Virus record (IMG/VR): IMGVR_UViG_3300047409_000500
Location: 1 to 51,986 of that record
Direction: 5' to 3' (one strand)
Length of the DNA: 51,986 bases
Source of the DNA: a virus
Taxonomy: Duplodnaviria; Caudoviricetes
Shown here: positions 34,606 to 44,251 of the stretch, piece after piece
Layout: every line of letters begins with the position of its first letter
Position numbering within the stretch: the first letter of the stretch is position 1
Position numbers and translations under genes: made by a program
The notes under the pieces: model-generated
Told to the model about the DNA's origin: nothing
Databases searched by the model: none
The model's input: only the letters and a program-made list of their open reading frames with translations

Positions 34606-37600
34606 CAGCGCACCACCGTGAGAGGCTCCAGCAAGGCGCTGCGCTGCGCATCGCGGGACCGACCGGAGCGGCTGGCGGTGGCCGCCGCCTGCCCTACGCT
34701 GTCAGGATTGTTATTGATCACGCTGACCACGCGGCCCTCGAAGAGATCGTTGGCCTGCTGCGGATTCAGTTGGATATAGACGCCGCCCGATCCGGTACCG
34801 GGCATCGAGCTATAGGGATTCGCCACCAGCTGGCCGTTGGAATAGACGGGCTGCAGCTGCAGCGACCCGCCCGCCTGGGCGAAGGTGGCCCCGTACATCT
34901 TCTGCGGCATCCCCACCGGGTTCTGCGCGGTCGTCAGCGCATACAGCTGCACCAGGGTTTGAATCTCCGGGGAACGGATCGCCAGATCCAGATTCCCGCC
35001 GTACTTCTGTTTGGCGATTTCGAGGATTTGGGCGCGGACGTTTTTGTCCTGGATATCGACGCCATAGAGCGCTTTGACCTTCTCCTGCAGCTTTTTATCG
35101 GCGGTCTTCACCAGCGACCGGAAGAGGCCCGCGATGCCGCCCACGGCCGCGCCGATGCCCGCGCCGAGCAGCGTACCGATGCCGGGGAAGATCGCGGTTC
35201 CGAGCACCGCCCCGGTCAGCGCGCCACCCGCCGCCGTGATGCCGATGCCCGCTTTGCCGCCCCGGTAGAGCCCATACCCGGCGAGGCCGATGCCCGCGCC
35301 CAGGACGCCGCCGCCGAGCGCCGAGAGACTTGCGCCCCCGGCCACGGTGCCGAACAACGTAGGAGCCAGATGGGCTAATCCGACACCCGCCGCTGCTGCC
35401 CCGCCAATCGTCTGCCCCAGGCCGAGCTTCCCGCCCCGCTGGATCCCGCTGAGCGCGGCCATGCCGCCCCCGAATAGCGCCGCAGCGGGCCACAGGGCCG
35501 CAGCCGTTGCCCCGAACCCAGGCATAGCTACAGGTGCCCCGGCGGCGGCGGCCCCGCCTACGGGGCTATAACCGCCGCTATACCCCCCATACGTGCTGGT
35601 AGCGACCGGACCCGTAAAGCCCCCGGTGCCCCCGGGCGCGCCCGGGCTGCCGATGCCCCGCGCCCTCACCCCGAATAGGGCTGCGAGGATTCCCCCGGTG
35701 CCGACCGTGCCGCCACCCCCGCCGCCGAAGGTAGGCTGCTGGCCGCCGAGGCCGCGCGGCCCGCCCCCGAAATTCACCGTGCCATAGCCGAAGAGTTGCA
35801 TCAGGGCCGCCGCCGCCCGGCTGGTGACGATCTCTTTGATCGCGCCGATTACGGCGGTCTTGAGCGCGTTGCCCATCGCCTGCCAGACGCTGGTGGACTT
35901 ATTCAGCAGCGCATCGAACACCCGGTCGAGGGAACTTTTGAGCTTCTCGTAAATCTTTTTCTGCTCCTCTACGATGGCGGTCTGCGTGGCCTTCGCCGCC
36001 TCCAGGCGATCCTTGCTGATGCCCGCATCGGCCTTGACGGTGATCTGGGTCTTCTTCTCCTCGTTGGCGGTCCACAGCGCCGTGGAGCGAATCAGATAGT
36101 CGATGTCGCTCATCATCTTCACGTCGTGGAGCGCTTCGACGAGCGTAAGCTCCTCCTGGTATTTCTGGTCGGCCAGTTCGCGCTCCACATCGCGGATCCG
36201 CTCGGCATATTCCTGCTTGATGGCAAACACCGTTTGCTGGTAAGCGATTTCTTGCTCCAGCGTCTGCCGATGTACTACGTCGGCCTCGGCCAGCCGCTGG
36301 TCCCGGTCGGCGGCCAGCGCGGTCGCCTCGAATTCGAGGCGGGATGTCAGGGTGTCCCGCTCGATCTTGTCGGACTCCTCCACGTATTTCAGATGCTCTT
36401 TAAACGCCGTAGTGGGCGCTTCGGCGAAGTCTTTGAAATACTCCTCAATCGCCTTTCCGCCCTCCAGGCGCTTCTTCTCGGCCTCCTCCATCAGTTTGAT
36501 GTTTTCCTCTGCGATCTTCTTCTGGGCGAGGCTGAGATCGTCTGCCATCGCTTTGTATACTTTGCCGATTAGTTTCGCCTTGCCTGTCAGCTTATCGAGG
36601 TCCACATCCCCAACGAAGCCGCCGAATTTCCCCGGCTCCATCGTGGCGAACACTTTGGCGAGGTCTTTCGAGGTGGCTCCCAATTCCTTCAAATCGCTGG
36701 CGTACTTGTCATTGATCCCGAAAATCGCGCCATGAATCCTGGCCTGGGCGCGGGCGAGAATCTGTTCTGCAATTTGCTCTTGATGCAAGGCCAATTCCTT
36801 GCTCTCCTGAACCAGTCTGGCGTTGCGCGCTTTGGTAGCAATCTCATCGGCATCCAGCAACATCCTCATCTTGCGGATCGAATCCTGCAGTTCCGTTTCG
36901 GTCTGTTTGTTGAACGGGATGAGCGACATATTGGCCGCTTCGGGCAGTTTCTTGTCGGTCATCCATTGCTGATACTTTCGAGCGGTGGCCTCCATATCGG
37001 CACGGGCACCCTGACCAAACGCCTTAGCCTTCTCCTCGACGTCGCGGTTGAGCAATCGTCCAAGCCAGCTGTTGGGCTCCACCTTCTCGCGCAGCCACTC
37101 CCCGGCCTTCCATCCGGCGAAGGCCGCCGCCACGGCCCCGACCGCGATGGCCAGATTCACGACCGCTGGAACCATGGTGCCGATCAGTGCCAAGCGGGAT
37201 GTAAACGCCCCGGCCAGGGAGGACTCTGTGAAGAGCACCTGCAGCGTCAGCCAGAGCGTGCTGGCCGCTTTCGTGAGGCTCTCAATCATACCCACGCCAG
37301 CAGGAATCCACGACAGCAGGCCGAGCTTGCTCACCGCGCCGAGTGCGGTCATCGCGATAACCAGTAGGCCGATTGCGACGGTCGCATCCTGGATAAACGG
37401 GGGCAGCCGCCCGAACCACGCCACCAGTTCTCGAAGGCCGCCAATCGCCTTGGTTACGGCGGGGGCGAAGTCGTTCTCGATGGCCGCGCCGAGTTTTTTC
37501 AGATCGTCAACAAACTTATCGAACTGCGCCGTTTGCAGTTCCTTCGCCATCTTCTCCCCGGCCCCGGCGAATTGCTTGTTCATGCCATCGAGGATCACCT

Positions 37601-38291
37601 GGACGCCTTTTTCCGACCCGATCATCTGCTTCTCGATCATCTTGCGGACATCCAACTCGCTGACGGCCTTCCCGGTTTCCTTTTGAATTGCGACCTGGAG
37701 GTACTTGACCGAGTTGATGCCCACCTCGGCCAATTGGCGGAACGCCTCCTGGCCTTGAATGATTCCCTTGGCCCGCATCTGGCCGAGCGCCAGGGTGATC
37801 TGGTCAACGCCCATCTTGCCCTTGCCGAGGGCGGCAGCGGCGTTGGCGACGGTGTTGAGCAGAGTCGGAATCTGCCTGAGATCGAACCCGAAGCCGCGCA
37901 GGCGCTGCGCCATCTCGCGCAGATCATCGAAAGAGAACGGCGAGGTTTTCGCCACGAGTCGAATTGCCTCGATGGCGTCCTTCGCCTCGTTGGCCGAAGC
38001 GCCCATGGCCTCGAAGGCGATGGTGGTTTTCTTGATGTCATCGGCGGCCTGTACCATGCCAGCGAAGGCCCGCGCGAGTCCCAGGCCCGCCAGCGCCTGG
38101 GTGATCTGATCCATGCCCCTGGCCGTCTGCGAAACCGACACGGAGAGCGCGTTGAAGCCCGTCTCGGCCTCCTTGGTGGCCTTCGTCGATGTGGTGCTTA
38201 CACTTTTAATCTGCTGGTTGAGCGTGTTGATGGCGGCGGACGCACCCTCGGCCTGGAAGTCGACCTGGATGTAGATTTTGTTCGCCGCCAT
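34605..38291 (-). CDS. tape measure protein
   Basis: 1228 aa, Ala/Gly-rich; ITLALGQMRAKGIIQGQEAFRQLAE tape-measure motif. Confidence 0.9.
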   Translation of the reverse strand: MAANKIYIQVDFQAEGASAAINTLNQQIKSVSTTSTKATKEAETGFNALSVSVSQTARGMDQITQALAGLGLARAFAGMVQAADDIKKTTIAFEAMGASANEAKDAIEAIRLVAKTSPFSFDDLREMAQRLRGFGFDLRQIPTLLNTVANAAAALGKGKMGVDQITLALGQMRAKGIIQGQEAFRQLAEVGINSVKYLQVAIQKETGKAVSELDVRKMIEKQMIGSEKGVQVILDGMNKQFAGAGEKMAKELQTAQFDKFVDDLKKLGAAIENDFAPAVTKAIGGLRELVAWFGRLPPFIQDATVAIGLLVIAMTALGAVSKLGLLSWIPAGVGMIESLTKAASTLWLTLQVLFTESSLAGAFTSRLALIGTMVPAVVNLAIAVGAVAAAFAGWKAGEWLREKVEPNSWLGRLLNRDVEEKAKAFGQGARADMEATARKYQQWMTDKKLPEAANMSLIPFNKQTETELQDSIRKMRMLLDADEIATKARNARLVQESKELALHQEQIAEQILARAQARIHGAIFGINDKYASDLKELGATSKDLAKVFATMEPGKFGGFVGDVDLDKLTGKAKLIGKVYKAMADDLSLAQKKIAEENIKLMEEAEKKRLEGGKAIEEYFKDFAEAPTTAFKEHLKYVEESDKIERDTLTSRLEFEATALAADRDQRLAEADVVHRQTLEQEIAYQQTVFAIKQEYAERIRDVERELADQKYQEELTLVEALHDVKMMSDIDYLIRSTALWTANEEKKTQITVKADAGISKDRLEAAKATQTAIVEEQKKIYEKLKSSLDRVFDALLNKSTSVWQAMGNALKTAVIGAIKEIVTSRAAAALMQLFGYGTVNFGGGPRGLGGQQPTFGGGGGGTVGTGGILAALFGVRARGIGSPGAPGGTGGFTGPVATSTYGGYSGGYSPVGGAAAAGAPVAMPGFGATAAALWPAAALFGGGMAALSGIQRGGKLGLGQTIGGAAAAGVGLAHLAPTLFGTVAGGASLSALGGGVLGAGIGLAGYGLYRGGKAGIGITAAGGALTGAVLGTAIFPGIGTLLGAGIGAAVGGIAGLFRSLVKTADKKLQEKVKALYGVDIQDKNVRAQILEIAKQKYGGNLDLAIRSPEIQTLVQLYALTTAQNPVGMPQKMYGATFAQAGGSLQLQPVYSNGQLVANPYSSMPGTGSGGVYIQLNPQQANDLFEGRVVSVINNNPDSVGQAAATASRSGRSRDAQRSALLEPLTVVR

Positions 38292-38299
38292 CGCTTACC

Positions 38300-38626
38300 T
38301 TATGTGTGCTGTTCGGGATGTACCCACGACTTCACGGGATCGCCTTTGCGCTGCAAATCGAACGTCACCCCGCCCGCCTCGGCCTCGATCACCTCGACCG
38401 CCCAGGAAGGCGCTGCGCCCAACTCCTCCGCATAGGCCGGGGATTTCGGTAGCTGATTCTGGTATTCCTCGATCAGCGTGAGGTTTTTGTCATAGGCTTT
38501 GTCCTGCGCATCGGCTTGCAACCATTCATCGTTGCCGTGGGCCGAATGCACCGGGCCTGGATTCTGAATCGTGGTGTTCTGTTTTGCGGGAAGGATCGTT
38601 CCCACCGCAGGCGTTTTGTAGGCCAT
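38300..38626 (-). CDS. hypothetical protein between the chaperone and tape measure genes
   Basis: AAGGAG RBS. Confidence 0.6.
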   Translation of the reverse strand: MAYKTPAVGTILPAKQNTTIQNPGPVHSAHGNDEWLQADAQDKAYDKNLTLIEEYQNQLPKSPAYAEELGAAPSWAVEVIEAEAGGVTFDLQRKGDPVKSWVHPEQHT

Positions 38627-38652
38627 AATCGTCTCCTTTTATTTCCCGGCGT

Positions 38653-39018
38653 TCATCGCCGCTTCGCTTGCTTTTCGATCTCTTCGGTTTGCCAGCGAAC
38701 CTTCTCCTCGCCGAGCACGCGCAGCATCTGAAACTCCAGGTAGCTCACCTGTTCCAGCGTCACCGTCATGCGCCGCTCCAGCGCGAAATCCAAATCCACC
38801 ACCAGTTGCATCACCCGGCCGGCGGGCGATTGCAGATAGGCGTTGAGCATCTCCAGCGGGCAATCCAGGCACGGCTGCACGTCGGCCTCGTGGACCTCGG
38901 GCTGCTCGATCTGCGCCGGGGCGCATTCGACGGGGCCGGGGCAAAGCGCGTCGCGGCGCAACAGCCGATGGAAGATGAAGCGTGGCGAGGGCGCTTCCGG
39001 CCAGCCGCCGCCCGTTAG
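38653..39018 (-). CDS. tail assembly chaperone, frameshifted extension (gpT-like part of gpGT)
   Basis: -1 frame open from slippery site T TTT TTC (39024-39018) to 38653. Confidence 0.7.
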   Translation of the reverse strand, partial: LTGGGWPEAPSPRFIFHRLLRRDALCPGPVECAPAQIEQPEVHEADVQPCLDCPLEMLNAYLQSPAGRVMQLVVDLDFALERRMTVTLEQVSYLEFQMLRVLGEEKVRWQTEEIEKQAKRR

Positions 39019-39614
39019 AAAAAACGTTCATCATCGGAGGCGCTCATCTCGTTGTTGATCTCTTCCACGACCGCGCGGATGGCCACGTCCTTATGCAGCG
39101 CCGGGACCGCCCCGGTGTAATCCTCGCTGCGCCCCTTGCACTCGTCCCACAGCTTGGCGGTCGGGTCCAAATACATCCGCATCTGCGAGGTGTTATGGGG
39201 CGCGGAGAAGAGGCGCGAGGCGGCGCGCTGCATCTTGATGACCTGATCGGCGGTCGGCAGCTGCAGGCGGTGCGTCACCGCGCCGCCGGGCACCTGCATC
39301 GTGACGGTGGCCTCCTCGCCGTCGATCACCACCTCGGTGACTTCCGCGCGCTCCAGGACCTTGATCACCATCGACGCCTCGGCGGGCGTAAGCTCGGGCG
39401 CGCCATTGAGGCGGGCGGTCTGGTAGAGCTTGAAGTCGGCGGCCCCCGAGTCGATGATGGTTTCGCTCACGCCGCGCCCCATGCTGCGGATCGATACCTT
39501 GCGGGTGCGGTGGCGCTCGGCCCATTCCTCATCGCTCGGCCAGCGCATTCCGATCTCTACCTTGGTTTTTCCGGTGCGCGCGGTAATTGCGAACTCGGCG
39601 CTTGCATCAAACAT
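39015..39614 (-). CDS. tail assembly chaperone (gpG-like)
   Basis: Between tail tube and tape measure genes; ends in a slippery heptamer. Confidence 0.7.
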   Translation of the reverse strand: MFDASAEFAITARTGKTKVEIGMRWPSDEEWAERHRTRKVSIRSMGRGVSETIIDSGAADFKLYQTARLNGAPELTPAEASMVIKVLERAEVTEVVIDGEEATVTMQVPGGAVTHRLQLPTADQVIKMQRAASRLFSAPHNTSQMRMYLDPTAKLWDECKGRSEDYTGAVPALHKDVAIRAVVEEINNEMSASDDERFF

Positions 39615-39657
39615 AGTTGTCAGTCTCCTTCGATCAGTGAAACCGCCATGGACACGA

Positions 39658-39816
39658 TTAGCCGAGCTTCAACATCGGCCACAGGGACGCCAGCACCCAG
39701 AAGGCGAGGCCCGCTGAGACAAGCGATGGGTAATAGGGGTTCGGGTTGCTCCACCAGCGGGACAGCGCCCCGAGAACGAACAGCACAAAGGCAAATACCA
39801 TACAGACGAGCGGCAT
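39658..39816 (-). CDS. 52-aa two-TM protein (holin candidate)
   Basis: AAGGAGG RBS; two hydrophobic helices. Confidence 0.55.
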   Translation of the reverse strand: MPLVCMVFAFVLFVLGALSRWWSNPNPYYPSLVSAGLAFWVLASLWPMLKLG

Positions 39817-39830
39817 ACGTTGCCTCCTTG

Positions 39831-40883
39831 TTAGAGTCCGAAGATTCCATCCATGCTGGTGATTGCGCTCAGGGTGCAGAGATCGCCCGTGGGGGGCTTC
39901 ATGATCTTTGCGGTGCACGCAATCGTAACCAGGCCATCGGCTTCGCCGTTGACCGCCGCCGAGAGCACGGTGCGCGGGAAGTCCAGGAGGATGCTGTGCT
40001 TGGCCGGGCCTGCCGCGATCTGCGCGCCGTCGATGCGGATCTGGCTGGTGCCCTCGGTTTGCGACATCAGATTGTTGAATTCCGTGGAGCCCTTCTGGGC
40101 GCGGGCCACGAAGGTCAAGCTCACTTCGCGCGTCCCGTATTCCATGCGGCCCCGGATGGCAAATCCGTTTTGCGTGCCGGAACCCGGAAAGATCCCGGTC
40201 TCCAGGCGGATGTTGTTATTCCAGCGGAATTCCGCCGAGATGAAGCTGCCGCCGAGCAGGTAGTCGATCCCGTTGATCGTAAGTACGGCGGCCCCGGCGG
40301 CGTTGAGCAGATGCTCCGGGGTCTGGGCCGGAATCACGATGGCCGATGGGGTGATGAATTGTCCGGTCCCGACGAAGCCCGCCACCATGCGCGAGTTATT
40401 GCGGCCCGGCCCCGATTCCAGCGTGATGGTGAATTCGTTGACGCACATCCCCACCAGCGCCCGGTCCACCACGGCCTCGGCCCCGCTGCGGATCTGCTCC
40501 ACCCAGGTGAACGGGGTCATGTTGATGCAGTTGACCACCGGATCGCTCGGCACCGCCGCATAGGTAAGCGCCGGGATGGTCCCGGTTTTGGTTCCCTTGC
40601 CTAAGCCGAATAGAAACAGGTGGGCCGCGATCTCGCTCGATGTGAATTTCTCCAGCGGGACCGTGGTGTTGATATGCGAGGGGAAGGTCTGAGTCGGGAA
40701 CTCATCGCCCTTGCCGATGTCGAGCGCGTTGTCTTCGGTAACGGGCTCGGCCACCGCCAGCGCTGGATTGGTTTTGGTCAGGCTCCACAATTCCAGGTCG
40801 GTGTTGGGAGTCGAGAGATTGGCCTGCGGCTTGAAGCCAAAGGCGATCTTGGTTTCACGGACATTTGCGGGGCAGCTAGGCAT
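39831..40883 (-). CDS. major tail tube protein
   Basis: Size, gene position and beta-rich composition. Confidence 0.7.
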   Translation of the reverse strand: MPSCPANVRETKIAFGFKPQANLSTPNTDLELWSLTKTNPALAVAEPVTEDNALDIGKGDEFPTQTFPSHINTTVPLEKFTSSEIAAHLFLFGLGKGTKTGTIPALTYAAVPSDPVVNCINMTPFTWVEQIRSGAEAVVDRALVGMCVNEFTITLESGPGRNNSRMVAGFVGTGQFITPSAIVIPAQTPEHLLNAAGAAVLTINGIDYLLGGSFISAEFRWNNNIRLETGIFPGSGTQNGFAIRGRMEYGTREVSLTFVARAQKGSTEFNNLMSQTEGTSQIRIDGAQIAAGPAKHSILLDFPRTVLSAAVNGEADGLVTIACTAKIMKPPTGDLCTLSAITSMDGIFGL

Positions 40884-40885
40884 GA

Positions 40886-41341
40886 TTATGCATCTCCTGT
40901 TTCTTTGGTTTCGGTCATGATGGAGAAGTAGTCGATCCCTTCTTCATCGGTGGGGCGGGAAATTTCCGATATCGTGGTGGGCAAGACCCCATCCATCAGC
41001 GGGCAGAAGCGCCAGCGGAGGCCGTCGCCGGGCACCGGAATCCCGTTGATGATGGCCCCGATTAAATCCAGCGACGATTCGCCGCGGGCGGCGCGCACGA
41101 AGATGACGATGCGGTGCAGCCAGCCCTCCATCTCTCCTTGGGTAAGAAACGTCTCCTGCCACGCGGCCAGCACGCTGCCCGGCTTCATGCGGTAGATCGC
41201 CGAGCCGAGCGAGTTGCGTTCGGGGGGTTGATCCAGGTAGGCGTTAATCGCATTGGGATCCCCACCGAGCAGATCCACTAACTCGGGAACGGCGCGCAGC
41301 GCCGCGACCATCGCGTCGGTGAGGGCAATGAGACTAACCAA
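40886..41341 (-). CDS. tail terminator-like protein
   Basis: Position before the tail tube gene; TTG start inferred. Confidence 0.55.
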   Translation of the reverse strand: MVSLIALTDAMVAALRAVPELVDLLGGDPNAINAYLDQPPERNSLGSAIYRMKPGSVLAAWQETFLTQGEMEGWLHRIVIFVRAARGESSLDLIGAIINGIPVPGDGLRWRFCPLMDGVLPTTISEISRPTDEEGIDYFSIMTETKETGDA

Positions 41342-41780
41342 TAGGCACCCAGGCTTTCTGCAGGAGAATGCCGTACTGCAGCTGGCTGGCGCGGAAGATG
41401 GCAACTTGATCCGAACCGGAAAGACCGATCATCTGTTCGCTGTCCTGCGCTTTGTTGGCGCGCCTGCGGGTTTCCCGCGTCGTGTTCTCGGCGCGGATCA
41501 CGCCGTTGGCCGCTTTGCGCAGGGCGAAGTTTTTCAGGGTGTCGCCCGTCATCTTCATATCCCGGATCGGGCTCACCTGTCTGGTGTACTTGCGCTTGAT
41601 GAAGAAGTACCGTTTCGAGAGCTTCTTGCCGGGAAGCCCGTCCGCATTGAGGCCGTCATCCCATCGCGCCTTCTGAGCCGCGACCATGACATCGCCAATC
41701 GCGCGCAGCTGCGGGTCGGCGAGATTGGGCTCCCGCACCCGGCCCGTCTTTTTTACGTTGATCTTGGGTCCATCGGCCAT
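41334..41780 (-). CDS. neck / tail completion protein (basic)
   Basis: Gene position; LRAIGDVM...MTGDTLK. Confidence 0.55.
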   Translation of the reverse strand: MADGPKINVKKTGRVREPNLADPQLRAIGDVMVAAQKARWDDGLNADGLPGKKLSKRYFFIKRKYTRQVSPIRDMKMTGDTLKNFALRKAANGVIRAENTTRETRRRANKAQDSEQMIGLSGSDQVAIFRASQLQYGILLQKAWVPIG

Positions 41781-42223
41781 TATTGAAAGCCCTCGGTTCG
41801 GTCCTGCAGGATCACGTTGCAGCAGTCATAGGCGAACGCATCCACGTTCACCACGTCGTATTCAATCCCGTCCTTGACCACGACATCGCCCTTGGCGGGC
41901 GGGCGCGGCAGATCGAAATTGCGGACCAGCGCGTGCGAATAGCGGCCCGGCGATACCTGCTCGTCGGCGGCCCCTTCCTTCCAGATCAGCAGTAGCGGCT
42001 GGCTGGTCGAAGAATCGTCATCGAGCCAGTAGTCCACGGTGCGCCCGAACACGCGCACCAGGGAATCCCAAAGCATCGGGATGTGAAGGCTGAGAAACGG
42101 ATTCACATAGGCCGCATCCTCCCGCAGCGCGCGCCCGGTATGAGATTGGCGAGTCACACCACCGGACGCAGCGCGCGGGGATCGACCTGCGCGCGCCTTC
42201 ACGCGATCAGGTAATTGGTTCAT
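41780..42223 (-). CDS. head-tail joining protein (gpFII-like)
   Basis: Follows the capsid gene; PAKGDVVVKDGIEYDV. Confidence 0.6.
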   Translation of the reverse strand: MNQLPDRVKARAGRSPRAASGGVTRQSHTGRALREDAAYVNPFLSLHIPMLWDSLVRVFGRTVDYWLDDDSSTSQPLLLIWKEGAADEQVSPGRYSHALVRNFDLPRPPAKGDVVVKDGIEYDVVNVDAFAYDCCNVILQDRTEGFQ

Positions 42224-43242
42224 ACCACCTTGGCTTTGAAGGAGGCGTTGGGCCGATACGGAACCACCAGCGGGGCGCTCTGCATCAGCAGGAAGCGCAC
42301 GCTCGGGTCCTGTTCCACCCAGGATTTGACGAAGTACGGCAGTGGCTGCAGCCCGGCCCCCTCGTCGCGGATCGCGCCGTAGGCGCGCACGCCCTCCAGC
42401 GCGGGCGAGGCGAGGATCGCCGTACCCGCTGGCAGAATCGGCTTCTCTACGCCATCGGCGGGATCGACGTACCAGCCCGAGTAAACGTAGATGTTAAAGC
42501 CGTCCACGTTGCCCATAAAAATCCCGCCTTCCTCGATCTGCGCGGGCTGCCCCATGGTGGGCAGCGATTGGGAGACGCGCTGCAGGTTGAGGCGGTCCTT
42601 AATCTGGCCGTTGCTGCGAAACACCTTCCAGGCGTCGACCGTCATGATCACGTCGGTGAGCATCGCGCCCGTCTGCTGCAGCGCCATCTGGGACCAGTCC
42701 TGCAGATCATCGAGCGGCAGCGACGTTGGATCGCTCCACAGTTTGGAGGCCACGATGGTGTTTCCGGCCGCGCGGCCAAAATCCAGCACCACGGTCGGGT
42801 ACTTGTCTCCCGAGATGGTCGATTTGCCCGTGGCCAGGACCTCGCCCGCCATGACTTCCATGCGGCGGTCGATCATCGCGACCTGATCCTGCATATCGCG
42901 CGCCACCAGCGCCCGCTGGCGATCCGCCGGGGCCAGGGTGCCGCCGATCTGTTCGCCCGGGCCGCGTTTCAGCGGGCGGTTCATGTCGAAGACGCGCTTG
43001 TCCTTGACGTAGGCGGGCTTCAGGGTCGCTGTTTTGAAGCCCAACGAAGCCACGATTTGACCCTCGACCAACGGCGAAACGAACGGCGCGATGCGCCGCT
43101 TGCCATCGAGGGTATCGAAGTGAATTTCCTCCGAGACTTCCGTTTGAATCGTGGGGAAGTAACGGTCGAGCAAGAATTGCGATTGGCCAAGCAGGCTGGC
43201 GACTACCGCATTCAAGACATCGGTCGAAAAAAGATCAGCCAT
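42220..43242 (-). CDS. major capsid protein (lambda gpE family)
   Basis: FLLDRYF, IAPFVSPLVEG, KPAYVKDK, QSAPLVVP motifs. Confidence 0.92.
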   Translation of the reverse strand: MADLFSTDVLNAVVASLLGQSQFLLDRYFPTIQTEVSEEIHFDTLDGKRRIAPFVSPLVEGQIVASLGFKTATLKPAYVKDKRVFDMNRPLKRGPGEQIGGTLAPADRQRALVARDMQDQVAMIDRRMEVMAGEVLATGKSTISGDKYPTVVLDFGRAAGNTIVASKLWSDPTSLPLDDLQDWSQMALQQTGAMLTDVIMTVDAWKVFRSNGQIKDRLNLQRVSQSLPTMGQPAQIEEGGIFMGNVDGFNIYVYSGWYVDPADGVEKPILPAGTAILASPALEGVRAYGAIRDEGAGLQPLPYFVKSWVEQDPSVRFLLMQSAPLVVPYRPNASFKAKVV

Positions 43243-43323
43243 GGTAATTTGCTCCTCATCGAAACTGGTTACGGTTTAGCCGCCCTACGGCTGGTCGCCA
43301 TCCACCGCGCGGGCGGCGCTTCC

Positions 43324-44223
43324 TTACTCGGATTTCTTGCTGCGGGTCGCGCCAGGGGCGCTCTGGTCCACCTTGAACGTCTTGCCGTTGATGTAGAAGT
43401 TCGCCGAACGGGCCGCGCCCGTGTTGGCTGCCGCCGTGTAATTCACGCTGCCGCTGGCCGATTGCGGCCCGGCGGGCGTGAAGGTGAGCCACGACGCCGT
43501 TGCATCCTTGTCGACCGTCCAGGTGCCGCTTGCCCCCGGCCCGGTCATCGTGACCTGAATGCTGCCGGAACCGCCCTCGGCAGGAACCGTGCCGCTGGTG
43601 GGCGAGATGGTTACGGGAGGTACATCCGGCATCCCGGCGACCAGATCGTGCGCCGTCGGCACTTCCGCCAGTTCGGGATTCTTCTCGCGCTCCTCGGCGG
43701 TCAGGTAGGCGTAGGGGCTGTCGATGCTTTCCGGCAGTTCCGGTGCCGCCAGCCCCTTGGCCGCTCCCCCCTCGCGGTTGTATTCCACGACATTCTGCGC
43801 GGCTTGCGCTTCCTGGGCGAGAGGCCCGGATTTCACCAGCGTTCCATCGGTGTAGACCACGCTCTCGATCAGGATGCCGAAATCGCGCAGGGCGTCCGAT
43901 ACCACGCCATGGCCGAGGGCGGCGGGCCAGATGATGGCGTCGGCCTTCATCTTGCCGCTGACATAGACCAGGGCCGCCGCAGCCGCGCTGGTGGCGTCGA
44001 TGTCGTTGACCATCACGGCGTTGCAATCTGCCGCCGCCGCAGGCGCCGTAATCGCCCCGGTGGCGGGGTCGATCTTTACGATGGTGCCGCGCTTGATCAC
44101 GCCGCCGCCCGAGGCGACGGTGCCGCTGCGGCTTACGACGCCCTGGCCATCGCTCAAAAGCGGCGAATAGCCAAACGGCGTCGAGGAAAAACTGGCTCGG
44201 GCAATGGGATTCGATGTTGCCAT
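43324..44223 (-). CDS. head decoration protein (gpD-like) with C-terminal BACON-like domain
   Basis: Between protease and capsid genes; C-terminal PAEGGSGSIQV...WTV...SWLT...VNYTAAANTGAARS...FKVDQ. Confidence 0.75.
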   Translation of the reverse strand: MATSNPIARASFSSTPFGYSPLLSDGQGVVSRSGTVASGGGVIKRGTIVKIDPATGAITAPAAAADCNAVMVNDIDATSAAAAALVYVSGKMKADAIIWPAALGHGVVSDALRDFGILIESVVYTDGTLVKSGPLAQEAQAAQNVVEYNREGGAAKGLAAPELPESIDSPYAYLTAEEREKNPELAEVPTAHDLVAGMPDVPPVTISPTSGTVPAEGGSGSIQVTMTGPGASGTWTVDKDATASWLTFTPAGPQSASGSVNYTAAANTGAARSANFYINGKTFKVDQSAPGATRSKKSE

Positions 44224-44251
44224 AGTAGATAAGCTCCTTCTCTGTTTGGGG

